A DNA stretch of 45,351 nt from a virus (taxonomy: Duplodnaviria; Caudoviricetes), in the IMG/VR virus record IMGVR_UViG_3300048599_000187, positions 1-45,351 of that record. One strand, written 5' to 3'. Positions 1-7,912 of this stretch are shown one piece after another. Position 1 is the stretch's first letter. Every line of letters starts with the position of its first letter. A program made the translations under genes and the position numbers. The notes beneath the pieces were generated by a model. That model was not told the DNA's origin. It did not search any database and saw only the letters and a list, made by a program, of their open reading frames with translations.

Positions 1-227
1 AGGTCTGCTGGCCAATCCGACTGGTGCGGACGGTTTTGGATTGTCTGACGTGCTTTCGAAAATACTGGCGTCGCTAGAGGCGAGTAGGTCTTGCACTCGA
101 TTGGAGGATTCTGCGGACCATTGACCGCTCGGAATTGACCCAGACCCAATGGTTGACTTAGCAAGGGCTGCGATGACTTGGTCTTCGAGTCGCTTGATGA
201 GGAGTTTGATGGCGTTGGTAAAGGAGT
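1..227. repeat. Terminal direct repeat, left copy (circular overlap)
   Basis: 1-227 matches 45125-45351 except at 79/45203 (g/a) and 100/45224 (a/c). It lies inside a gene, so it is most likely an assembly overlap of a circular or permuted genome. Confidence 0.95.
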
Positions 228-717
228 CACAAGCGATGACTTCTTTATCACCGGATTCGATAAGACTTGCGAGTTGGGTTGCATAAGAAATATGGGCTTG
301 AGAGTAACCAAGAAGTTCACCTGTCATACGCTGAGTCCAGTTTGACCCGGCGACGGAGTTTTTAATGACTTGAAGGGAGTGGACTAGTTTGATGGACCTT
401 ACCTTCTCCTGCCATGTCATGTCTTTACGACGGACGTTCTCTTCAGCTTCGAGACGCTTGAGGTGTGAGTCGTCAAGTGTTTCGATGTAGGTGACGTCAA
501 TTTCTGGCTGGTGAAGGACGTCGCGGATGGCTCGAAGTCGACGACCACCGGCGACTAGGTGGTTGTCAAGGTTAATAACTATGGGATGAATCAGCCCCTC
601 GTCGCGGATAGAGTTAGCGAGTTGTGTAAGATCGCCGTAGTCCGTCCTAACACGGTCATCTTCAATTACGCTGGTGACTGGGATACTAATTCGGTGGGTC
701 TTTTGATTGGTAGGCAT
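1..717 (-). CDS. N-terminal part (ParB-like domain plus HTH) of a ParB-DNA methyltransferase fusion; continues across the junction to 44360 (~493 aa in total)
   Basis: Not in the ORF track; translated by hand from ATG 717, which overlaps the upstream stop (TAATG). Reads MPTNQKTHRISIPV...LANSIRDEGLIHPIVINLDNHLVAGGRRLRAI...EAEENVRRKDMTWQE...WTQRMTGELLGYSQAHISYA. The frame is open to base 1 and in frame with 44360..45220. Confidence 0.88.
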   Translation of the reverse strand, partial: MPTNQKTHRISIPVTSVIEDDRVRTDYGDLTQLANSIRDEGLIHPIVINLDNHLVAGGRRLRAIRDVLHQPEIDVTYIETLDDSHLKRLEAEENVRRKDMTWQEKVRSIKLVHSLQVIKNSVAGSNWTQRMTGELLGYSQAHISYATQLASLIESGDKEVIACDSFTNAIKLLIKRLEDQVIAALAKSTIGSGSIPSGQWSAESSNRVQDLLASSDASIFESTSDNPKPSAPVGLASRP

Positions 718-1211
718 TAGAATGTTACGTCTTCGCTAGGTGTTACTTGAGTTGGTTTGGGAAAGGTTATGGGGGTGGTGACGAGACGGGGGGTTTTAAG
801 AACCGGTGCGGTGATACAATTTGTTTGGGTGGTTGACGGACCACTGCCTTCAGCATAGGCTATGGCACCATTCCAGGCGGCCAAAGCGACACGAAGGTGG
901 GCGATGTAGAGTATACCACCGTCGCGACGAAGCCGCTCGCCGTAGGCTGTTTTCCACCATGAGTTAAAGCCAATCGGAGCCACGGATAAGATACTCTCTT
1001 CAGTGGTGATAGTTTTACGTTCGTCTTCTGTGGAGGTGCTAGCATCACCGGATTTGAACCACTCGGCGTATTTGGGCCACTTGGATTCAAACCAGTCTTG
1101 TTTGAATAACCAGTCAATGTAGTCCGGAGCCTCGTCTTTGAGTTGCTGCAGGGTTAGCTTGGCACCAAGCGGGCCGTATTTACCAAAAGGGAAGGGATCT
1201 CGACCAGTCAT
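717..1211 (-). CDS. Hypothetical protein with an N-terminal PFGKY...YIDW domain (exonuclease X C-terminal/DUF3820-like)
   Basis: FPFGKYG...LQQLKDEAPDYIDWL motif; Pro/Thr-rich tail ending EDVTF. Confidence 0.6.
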   Translation of the reverse strand: MTGRDPFPFGKYGPLGAKLTLQQLKDEAPDYIDWLFKQDWFESKWPKYAEWFKSGDASTSTEDERKTITTEESILSVAPIGFNSWWKTAYGERLRRDGGILYIAHLRVALAAWNGAIAYAEGSGPSTTQTNCITAPVLKTPRLVTTPITFPKPTQVTPSEDVTF

Positions 1212-1216
1212 GAGAT

Positions 1217-1537
1217 TTAATCGTTTGGTTTGGATTTATCAGTGATTATACGTAGTGCTTCTGAAAATGTAACAACAGTGCCGCTGCTCTCTTTTGCAAC
1301 CATCTCTGCAAATTTTTTATTCTTGGTATGGAAGGGCAGCCGCAACGCTGGGTCTTGAAGAACTGTAGACCCGGTGTGGTTTAGAACCACAAATGTACTA
1401 CCACCTATTTTTTCGACCAGCGCACCAAGCATTTCTGGTGGCATGAGTTGCATGACTTGGGATTTGGATAATCGAGTCGCGGTAGATTTGCGAGATGACC
1501 CAAAAAATTTAAACGCGTCTAGTGAGTCTGATTGCAT
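1217..1537 (-). CDS. Hypothetical protein
   Basis: 106-aa ORF tightly packed in the minus-strand operon. Confidence 0.7.
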   Translation of the reverse strand: MQSDSLDAFKFFGSSRKSTATRLSKSQVMQLMPPEMLGALVEKIGGSTFVVLNHTGSTVLQDPALRLPFHTKNKKFAEMVAKESSGTVVTFSEALRIITDKSKPND

Positions 1538-1565
1538 AGAGTGAGGTGGTTAAAAAAAAATTAGT

Positions 1566-1598
1566 CCCGATATTGTTAAACCGTCGGGTCAAGCGGTT
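1566..1598 (-). ncRNA. Predicted H-type pseudoknot in an intergenic leader, followed by a U9 run
   Basis: Sense RNA AACCG-CUUGA-CCCGA-CGGUU-UAACAAUA-UCGGG gives two interleaved 5-bp stems. Confidence 0.55.
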
Positions 1599-1627
1599 GC
1601 GTGGTGTTGCTAGTCTAAGCTAGTCAA

Positions 1628-2107
1628 CTATGCTGATTTGATATACCTGGCGATGCGAGTCTTTGTACCGAATTCGGGGTTCTTGCTGTCGATGACGGTG
1701 CGGAAAACAATAGACCTTCCAACAAAGGACTGGATAAGAAGTACCATCTCCTTCGGGGTCATTGTACCGGTCTTTTCACCGGTCACCGCTTCAATAATGG
1801 CGACCAGCTTTTCGACAGGGTTGTAGGCGACAGAACCGTCTTCCTTGAAGGTCTTGACCAGGGAAATCAAATCGAATACAACAAAGCCCGGATTAAGGAT
1901 CTTATCGTCGTCTGACTCGGCTTGATTGACCAGAGTATATTCAAGGTTGAGGTTGTAACCAGTGCGGTTCTTGTTCTCGTCGAGGCTGACTTTCTTGATG
2001 ACTGCGCTATGCGTCGCCGGCTTCAACACCGGCATTGCTGTACGAACCGTGGTAAGGTCAACAGCGGTGTTATCGTTCAGAATATCGAGTCCAACTTTAT
2101 CTGACAT
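1628..2107 (-). CDS. Putative single-stranded DNA-binding protein (DUF669-like)
   Basis: Beta-rich PVLKPATHSAVIKKVSL...GYNLNLEYTL pattern; lies downstream of the Sak4-like ATPase and nuclease, the usual gene context. Confidence 0.6.
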   Translation of the reverse strand: MSDKVGLDILNDNTAVDLTTVRTAMPVLKPATHSAVIKKVSLDENKNRTGYNLNLEYTLVNQAESDDDKILNPGFVVFDLISLVKTFKEDGSVAYNPVEKLVAIIEAVTGEKTGTMTPKEMVLLIQSFVGRSIVFRTVIDSKNPEFGTKTRIARYIKSA

Positions 2108-2147
2108 GGTGGTATTTGTTTTTGGTTGTTGCTTTTGTTCTGCGCGG

Positions 2148-2174
2148 AGTGCGCATAAATTGTTGATTAGGACT
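2148..2174 (-). promoter_or_regulatory. 27-bp dyad motif, copy 1
   Basis: Minus strand AGT CCTA ATCA ACAAT TTAT GCGC ACT, upstream of the SSB-like gene. Confidence 0.6.
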
Positions 2175-2601
2175 AAAGAACTGGGATGATTTCGTAGACG
2201 GAATTAGGATTAGTCGATGCTAAAATATTTCTGATAGTTTGAGCAGCTTTAAAATCCCACTTAGTTGCTGACAAACGATTTTTTGTCCCAAAGCAGTTGG
2301 GAAAAACGGAGCCGTCTTTGAACTCTATATTGATTCTGGTTATGTAAATTACATAACCTTCTTCGTCTGTGCCACGAAGATAGTATTGTTGTGGCTTTGG
2401 CTCTTCAACCACACTGCAGGTTGGATCACAGGGTGAATAGTATCCAACCGGGTCAGGCTGACCAGATACACGAATATAAACAAGCTCTGTGGGTCCTGGG
2501 CACAGAAATTTTAAAGCTTCAATAGCATTGTCAGCCGCGCAGCCATCAACAATAGTTTTACCTCTGATTTTTATGTACTTAGAGGATACGGTAGTATTCA
2601 T
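2173..2601 (-). CDS. Hypothetical protein
   Basis: 142-aa ORF; start overlaps the upstream stop (ATGA). Confidence 0.7.
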   Translation of the reverse strand: MNTTVSSKYIKIRGKTIVDGCAADNAIEALKFLCPGPTELVYIRVSGQPDPVGYYSPCDPTCSVVEEPKPQQYYLRGTDEEGYVIYITRINIEFKDGSVFPNCFGTKNRLSATKWDFKAAQTIRNILASTNPNSVYEIIPVL

Positions 2602-3350
2602 TTACGAAGGATTTGAGGTTCAAGAAGGTTCCAGATTACGGTTGGTGATTTGTCAGTAATGTCAAGAGAGCCCTTGCTGGGAAACTCGAATGAGGACCCG
2701 AGAGCGATATGACGTGAATCCGCTCTAGTGCGGATTTCGTATTTCTCGCCGTCCAAGCCGACGGGACGTTTAGTAACAGCCCAGACGTCGGTGAAACAGC
2801 CGCCGAGGGTGTCCTTGGATTGACCAGGAATAGCGAGAAAGTACCGCATTGCGCCAGTGAGGTCGTCTTTATCAGCGGTCTGGTGTGATGTCACCACGAC
2901 GTATTTACCGCTGGCTCGCAAGGTCATGATGTAGGAACGAAGGAGGCGAGATAAATCCCCGTAGTTCTGTAGCTCCATTCGACCGGTCTTATTGCTACCC
3001 GATGCGTGCGTTTCGGCGACGATATGATCGCACAAAGCGGTACACATGTTACCAAGACCGTCAATGGCGATGGTTTTAATCGCTGGGTCAGAGCACAGTG
3101 CTAGGGACTCTTTAACAGCGTAGGACCACTGGTCTTTTTCCGGTCGCTTGCCACCTTTATCGTCGACGGCGGGCTGGCAGTAAGAGAAAGCCGTTCCAGG
3201 CGTTCGGCGGATGGCGGAAGCAAGGTTTAGGTCCCAGTCGATAATGCCAAGACTGGGAAATGCCATCATGACAGATGACTTTCCAGCTTTGGGCTCGCCG
3301 ACTAGAAGGACGGCGATGGAAGAGGTGGTGAATTGGTTAGAGGGTTTCAT
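2598..3350 (-). CDS. Sak4-like / AAA_24 P-loop ATPase (recombination)
   Basis: Walker A GEPKAGKS and Walker B IAIDG, plus VVVTSHQ. Start moved to ATG 3350 (MKPSNQF) to avoid a long overlap with 3337..3753. Confidence 0.8.
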   Translation of the reverse strand: MKPSNQFTTSSIAVLLVGEPKAGKSSVMMAFPSLGIIDWDLNLASAIRRTPGTAFSYCQPAVDDKGGKRPEKDQWSYAVKESLALCSDPAIKTIAIDGLGNMCTALCDHIVAETHASGSNKTGRMELQNYGDLSRLLRSYIMTLRASGKYVVVTSHQTADKDDLTGAMRYFLAIPGQSKDTLGGCFTDVWAVTKRPVGLDGEKYEIRTRADSRHIALGSSFEFPSKGSLDITDKSPTVIWNLLEPQILRK

Positions 3351-3753
3351 GCGTTGGGATGTTACACTGAATTGTGCGAATAATTCTTGTAGTGGCAGGC
3401 TGGGCTGGTATTTCTTTAACCTCTTCAACAACGTGGCAAGTTTCGGGTAGAGCTGAGTCTTTAGCAAAGACACAAATTGGAGCGCCAAACAAAGTATTTG
3501 AATAACGGATCTCCTCACCACTTGTGGATTTATTCCACGCACCCGATACAATTGATAAGAGAACTTTCAAATCTTCACGGTTATCACAGAAAAACCACAA
3601 AGAACCTCCAGCCGCGTTAATAAATGGTCTTTCCCCGCTATTGTTGGTAAGTTTGAGATTTAACTGATTGATATGTTTAAGAGCCGTAAGTACTTTGCTT
3701 GCTTCAAAAATACCGGCTTCTTTGTCTATTATTTCCGCTTCAAAGTCTATCAT
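3337..3753 (-). CDS. Hypothetical protein
   Basis: 138-aa ORF with an accATG start context. Confidence 0.7.
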   Translation of the reverse strand: MIDFEAEIIDKEAGIFEASKVLTALKHINQLNLKLTNNSGERPFINAAGGSLWFFCDNREDLKVLLSIVSGAWNKSTSGEEIRYSNTLFGAPICVFAKDSALPETCHVVEEVKEIPAQPATTRIIRTIQCNIPTHETL

Positions 3754-3796
3754 GGTAGGTTATTGTTATTGGTTTATCGGCGTAATTGCCAAAGGG

Positions 3797-4786
3797 TTAT
3801 TCTTTTAAGGGGTCCCAAGTAACATCACGGTACTCATTAGAGTACAACGAGGTACTACGAAGCTTGGGTTCTAGGCCACAAACTTGTCTAAACTCGCACG
3901 CTCCATATTTGGCTATGCACCATTTAGGGGACTTAGGAAGCTGGTTGGTTCGGCAGCCTTCAATAAACTCAGCAGTAAGCTGCATCGTGTCGACCTCCCA
4001 CTCAGCAACTAGTTCGGGATAGATGCGGATGGTTTGACGAATAAACTCCAGCGCCTTACCTGTTTTTGTCGGTTTGCGCACCCCAAGAGCGTTGATGACG
4101 TAGCCCCGTGGAAGCTCACCAATGATTTTATTGATAGCCCAAGCGTAGCAGTGGATCTGGGAGGCTAGTTCGTATTCGTTGAAATACTGTGGACCCAGAA
4201 CGGAGGTGGTTTTATGATCTAGTCCGTAGATGTTGCCTTCACGACGGTAGACCAAGTCTATCTTACCTTTTTGGATGACAGTGATGCAGTCAATAGTCCG
4301 TCTTTCAATAGTGCCGTCGGGGTTGCGGACCCACAGCGGGGCAGCTATTTTAATCTGACCCAGGGGTTTGGCGAATGGCAATTCGACGAATAGCTGACCA
4401 TTGGGGAATCGGTAAGGCTCGAAATCCTCAAGCTGATACTGAGCAGCATACTGTTTTATCACAGATACCGCTGTGGCATAGTTACGGTAGTCATCGTCCT
4501 CCGGGGTCCAGGACTGGAATTCCTCGGTAACAGCGTTGGTCATCGCCGTCGAAGCGTCAGCACCTAGGTAGGTGCCAAAATCGCGGTACCGTTTTTCCAG
4601 AGCCTTGTGGATTATTTTACCAAAAGCTTGCGCGGTTTTGGGCTTGCATAACTCACGCTTGAGCGCGATATAATAACCTGCGGACCGCTTACATGTCATG
4701 ATGCGCTCTTGAGACGAATTGTCTAGGAATAGACAATTATCCACAAGAGGTATGGGCCACGTGCCGTCTGGAGGATAGGTTGGCAT
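3797..4786 (-). CDS. PD-(D/E)XK exonuclease, Cas4/RecB-like, with a probable Fe-S cluster
   Basis: GKIDL...LDHKT and QIHCY motifs; one N-terminal Cys (TCKR) plus C-terminal C-x6-C-x5-C (CIAKYGACEFRQVC). Confidence 0.85.
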   Translation of the reverse strand: MPTYPPDGTWPIPLVDNCLFLDNSSQERIMTCKRSAGYYIALKRELCKPKTAQAFGKIIHKALEKRYRDFGTYLGADASTAMTNAVTEEFQSWTPEDDDYRNYATAVSVIKQYAAQYQLEDFEPYRFPNGQLFVELPFAKPLGQIKIAAPLWVRNPDGTIERRTIDCITVIQKGKIDLVYRREGNIYGLDHKTTSVLGPQYFNEYELASQIHCYAWAINKIIGELPRGYVINALGVRKPTKTGKALEFIRQTIRIYPELVAEWEVDTMQLTAEFIEGCRTNQLPKSPKWCIAKYGACEFRQVCGLEPKLRSTSLYSNEYRDVTWDPLKE

Positions 4787-4787
4787 A

Positions 4788-5126
4788 TTAGAGACCGTAT
4801 TCTTCGGTAAGAATGTTGACGGTTTTTGTGGCTTTGGCTACGGCTTTCTTCTCACGCTGATCCATACGGATAGCCTTTGCAAAAGACTGTGCCGAGGTTC
4901 TATCTATGCGGAGTTGCTGTACGAACGCGCGCTGCTGCTCGGGTGGCATTTCGTGAAATGGTGTCCCCAGAAGAGCGTGTAGGGGTAAGTTCGCGAAGTC
5001 CGTTGTCGGTGGCTGGAGTTGGGACGTAGTCTCGGGTGATGTATTCAAGCAACCGCTCGGCGTCGCCTGGAGTGGAGTAGTTGAGGTTGTTGTCGGTAAT
5101 GAATTTGACGGTTCGTTTGAGGGCAT
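4788..5126 (-). CDS. Hypothetical protein ending LTEEYGL (start uncertain)
   Basis: Stop abuts the nuclease start; shares its C-terminal motif with three other early proteins; 5' part overlaps 4900..5265. Confidence 0.6.
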   Translation of the reverse strand: MPSNEPSNSLPTTTSTTPLQATPSGCLNTSPETTSQLQPPTTDFANLPLHALLGTPFHEMPPEQQRAFVQQLRIDRTSAQSFAKAIRMDQREKKAVAKATKTVNILTEEYGL

Positions 5127-5265
5127 GATTGATTAGAAGAGTGTAAAGATCGCGGTTAGGTATGACCAGCATAAGCCGGTCTTTTTCGGTTTCGGGGACG
5201 TAGGACTGAAGCTTGACGCGGTTCTTGGTCGGTACGTCACCGTAAGGATCAGGAGGAAGTTTCAT
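4900..5265 (-). CDS. Hypothetical protein, possible ribbon-helix-helix DNA-binding protein
   Basis: RVKLQSYV-PETEKDRLMLV-...-LYTLLINHALKRTV resembles a beta-alpha-alpha pattern; judged by eye only. Confidence 0.45.
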   Translation of the reverse strand: MKLPPDPYGDVPTKNRVKLQSYVPETEKDRLMLVIPNRDLYTLLINHALKRTVKFITDNNLNYSTPGDAERLLEYITRDYVPTPATDNGLRELTPTRSSGDTISRNATRAAARVRTATPHR

Positions 5266-5479
5266 GGCGACGACAGCGGGGTTTGGTTGAACATTTAATA
5301 CCAGTATTTACAATTTCCATTCTCTCCGGTGCCTTGAAAACTGTAAGATTCAAATGATGAAGTAGCGCGTGGAAAGAGCTTTCTAGTTTACGAACATCTT
5401 CTCTGAGAAATTGCTGAGAGTCTTGTAAGTAATAGACTTGGTCTTTCAAGGCTTCGTATTTTTTTCTTGGTATCCACAT
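5249..5479 (-). CDS. Hypothetical small coiled-coil protein
   Basis: 76 aa with heptad pattern LKDQVYYLQDSQQFLREDVRKLE. Confidence 0.65.
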   Translation of the reverse strand: MWIPRKKYEALKDQVYYLQDSQQFLREDVRKLESSFHALLHHLNLTVFKAPERMEIVNTGIKCSTKPRCRRHETSS

Positions 5480-5485
5480 GGTGAT

Positions 5486-6094
5486 TTACATTATAATTGT
5501 TTCGTTGCGTTCAGGGTTGTATGATATACTGATGTCATAAGACCTCAGCATTTCGTCTGAAATTGATGTCTCGATGGGACCAGTGAAAATAACCGGCATC
5601 GGGATTTCACCACGACCTTTAAGAGCACAGAAGAGTTTTACGACCTCTTGGTCGTTGGACAGTGGTCGTATGATTTGAGCCGGCGCTGGGGTTTGGACCG
5701 CTGGCAGTACCGTACGTCGGACGTGCTTATCCAACGTCCCCTCGACCTCACAAAATGGAAGCTGGCCGGGTTTGTGCTCACCAGTTTTGTGTCGAGCCCG
5801 CAGCCAGATGTCGCCGTTAAGGTCTGGCCCAGCGATGACGAATAGGCCATCGCAACGGTTCATCAGTTCTATAAAGTGGGGGTCGATACGATCCGACCAG
5901 AGTTTGGCGTTGATTCTGTAACCAGCCAACGAGTCCCGCATACGGGCGGCGACAGTGTTAGCAGATAGGCCACCAAGTGCGGTGAATTTGGTGTCGTTGC
6001 CTTTTTCGTACTCTTCTAGAGCGGCTATGAAGAACGGCTGGAAGGCTAGAAACTTAGTAAGCCCCAGACGCGGGTGGATATAGGAGGTTATCAT
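5486..6094 (-). CDS. Hypothetical protein
   Basis: Start set to ATG 6094, which overlaps the stop of 6091..6447 (ATGA); 202 aa. Confidence 0.7.
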   Translation of the reverse strand: MITSYIHPRLGLTKFLAFQPFFIAALEEYEKGNDTKFTALGGLSANTVAARMRDSLAGYRINAKLWSDRIDPHFIELMNRCDGLFVIAGPDLNGDIWLRARHKTGEHKPGQLPFCEVEGTLDKHVRRTVLPAVQTPAPAQIIRPLSNDQEVVKLFCALKGRGEIPMPVIFTGPIETSISDEMLRSYDISISYNPERNETIIM

Positions 6095-6447
6095 TTTGAT
6101 GCAAAAAAGAAAGTAATGGGTGGACAACCAGATTTGTCAGCAATGACATTAACATCAACAGTAACATCTTTAAGATACGTCCCAACTTGTACTTCTGGGA
6201 GGATTGTTAAAGTATTCAGCACCTTTAGCCACTCAGCGTTAGTGCATGCAATATAAATCTTTCTAGGATTATACTTGTCAATTGCTACTTTGATTGTATA
6301 ATATTCCCCAAGCGACCTTACTATTCGTTCGGCAATAAACAGAGATACCTGAAGAGCATGCAGGTACTCTAAAGCGTCGTTTACGTCTGGTGAGACTTTA
6401 GGCTTTCGTGGGCCAAAAAGCTTGGAAATGAGTGGTATTTTAAACAT
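6091..6447 (-). CDS. Hypothetical protein, paralogue family B
   Basis: IYIACTNAEWLKVL motif shared with the next two ORFs. Confidence 0.7.
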   Translation of the reverse strand: MFKIPLISKLFGPRKPKVSPDVNDALEYLHALQVSLFIAERIVRSLGEYYTIKVAIDKYNPRKIYIACTNAEWLKVLNTLTILPEVQVGTYLKDVTVDVNVIADKSGCPPITFFFASK

Positions 6448-6453
6448 AGTTAG

Positions 6454-6792
6454 TTATTTTGCTATGTTATGATAACTTAAAATTACGTGGGCCCCGTTTG
6501 AGTCGCCAATAACAACTCTTGTAAAATTGCAATCAATAATAGCGTCCGAATTGGTTTTAAGAATAGATAGTATGTCTATCCAGTCAGTCTTTGAACAATG
6601 AATCTCTACAAAACCTGGACTGTCTATAAAATTTACCGCGGTGAATTTGATCTTTTCCCGTAAAGTAATTAAAGTTTTTCTCATCAGAGAGACTGATAAT
6701 TCCGTTGTTAAAATGTTTTCTAACGCTTTTTCCAGACCTTCTGGGATACCATTGGTTTTGGGGTTTTCAGGAGTGTCAAACATGCTATTCAT
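6454..6792 (-). CDS. Hypothetical protein, paralogue family B
   Basis: VEIHCSKTDWIDIL motif. Confidence 0.7.
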   Translation of the reverse strand: MNSMFDTPENPKTNGIPEGLEKALENILTTELSVSLMRKTLITLREKIKFTAVNFIDSPGFVEIHCSKTDWIDILSILKTNSDAIIDCNFTRVVIGDSNGAHVILSYHNIAK

Positions 6793-7129
6793 TTGTGAGA
6801 TGGCTAAAGAAAACGGTATTATTACTAAACTCGCCCGTTGAAAACCGCAAAAAATTGGGGGTTATTGGAAAACAAGTCGGGAATGACTTAAAAACCTCGC
6901 GAAGCTTTTCCCAAACTGCTAAAGAGCAGATTACTGTAACACAAACACAGGAGTCCATTGTACCCACTCGCCAGGATAGATTAACTTGGAAATTGTTGTC
7001 CACCCGAGATAGTTCTAAAAGCATTTTCCTAACTGCAGTGACAGGCCAGTCGGAAAAGACTAGTTTTAGGTTCTCTGGTATGACGGGTTCTTTTTCCCGT
7101 GTCGCTTGGGCTTTGATTATTGTTGTCAT
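6785..7129 (-). CDS. Hypothetical protein, paralogue family B
   Basis: VTVICSLAVWEKL motif. Confidence 0.7.
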   Translation of the reverse strand: MTTIIKAQATREKEPVIPENLKLVFSDWPVTAVRKMLLELSRVDNNFQVNLSWRVGTMDSCVCVTVICSLAVWEKLREVFKSFPTCFPITPNFLRFSTGEFSNNTVFFSHLTNE

Positions 7130-7139
7130 GATGATTGTT

Positions 7140-7238
7140 CTCTACTCGGTGGCGTTTCCGGTTTAGGGCAAATGCCCTATGAAGTATCACGGCTGTGCCG
7201 ATGATCGTTAGTAGTGTTGGTTAGCAGACCGAGTAGAG
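7140..7238 (-). ncRNA. Predicted multi-stem structured intergenic RNA
   Basis: Perfect 11-bp closing stem (7140-7150/7228-7238) enclosing two hairpins (7164-7179 and 7186-7205). Confidence 0.55.
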
Positions 7239-7253
7239 GTTGGGAAGTTAAAA

Positions 7254-7586
7254 TTAGAGTATATTGTCGTAAACACGTATTCTTATGTTTTTACCGACCT
7301 GTTCAAGTAAACATAGCCACATGAAACGCCCCAGTTGCGAATTTTCTGAAATATCTGGCCACCAGGTGCTATTAGCAGATAAACCAGATAGCTGAGTTAT
7401 TGTTTTGTCTATATAACAATGGGCGTGCGTAAATCCCCAGTTTTCAAATACTATATCACTTGCAGCTCTATGAAGACAAGGACAAGTGCATGCCAGGGTT
7501 TCAAATCCCGGCGATGACTGCGAATACCATAGAAACGTTTGAGCCCGTCTAGCTATGGTCGACAGCCGAATGGTTTTATATCTCAT
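7254..7586 (-). CDS. Hypothetical Cys-rich protein, paralogue family A
   Basis: IRLSTIARRAQTFL / CTCPCL / WWP / RFMWLCLLEQVGK. Confidence 0.85.
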   Translation of the reverse strand: MRYKTIRLSTIARRAQTFLWYSQSSPGFETLACTCPCLHRAASDIVFENWGFTHAHCYIDKTITQLSGLSANSTWWPDISENSQLGRFMWLCLLEQVGKNIRIRVYDNIL

Positions 7587-7912
7587 TTTAGCGGTATTTT
7601 AATGTTTTTACCGACCTGCTCTAACAGGCAAAGCCACATGAAGCGTTCGTTCTGTGCTTTAGCATCAATGGTGGGCCACCATGGGAGGCTTGTTGGTTGG
7701 TCGCAATAGGACGCGACAGCATCTTCGAGTTTTGCTAAGCCTCGTATTGGTTCCTCGTAATGGGCTGCGATTAACAGAGCCTCGGTTAAACAATAGCAAG
7801 TACAATATTTAATTTGTGAGTCTAAAATACGTAAAACTGGCGTATACTCCGGCGCCAAATAATTACGAGCTTGTCTAGCCAATGTTGATAATCGAATCGT
7901 TTTGGGTTTCAT
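7583..7912 (-). CDS. Hypothetical Cys-rich protein, paralogue family A
   Basis: IRLSTLARQARNYL / CTCYCL / WWP / RFMWLCLLEQVGK. Start set to ATG 7912 by alignment with the paralogues. Confidence 0.85.
   Translation of the reverse strand: MKPKTIRLSTLARQARNYLAPEYTPVLRILDSQIKYCTCYCLTEALLIAAHYEEPIRGLAKLEDAVASYCDQPTSLPWWPTIDAKAQNERFMWLCLLEQVGKNIKIPLK

Noticed and set aside
3351-3551. N-terminal extension of the ATPase given by the ORF track
   Set aside because: Overlaps the upstream gene by about 200 nt; ATG 3350 places Walker A at the usual N-terminal position.
3797-4786. Cas4-like nuclease as a sign of a CRISPR system
   Set aside because: No repeat-spacer array or other cas genes seen; the Sak4/SSB context indicates a recombination nuclease.
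7140-7238. Hammerhead ribozyme or tRNA
   Set aside because: Core is CUGCUAA rather than CUGAUGA, there is no stem III, and no T-loop or anticodon geometry.
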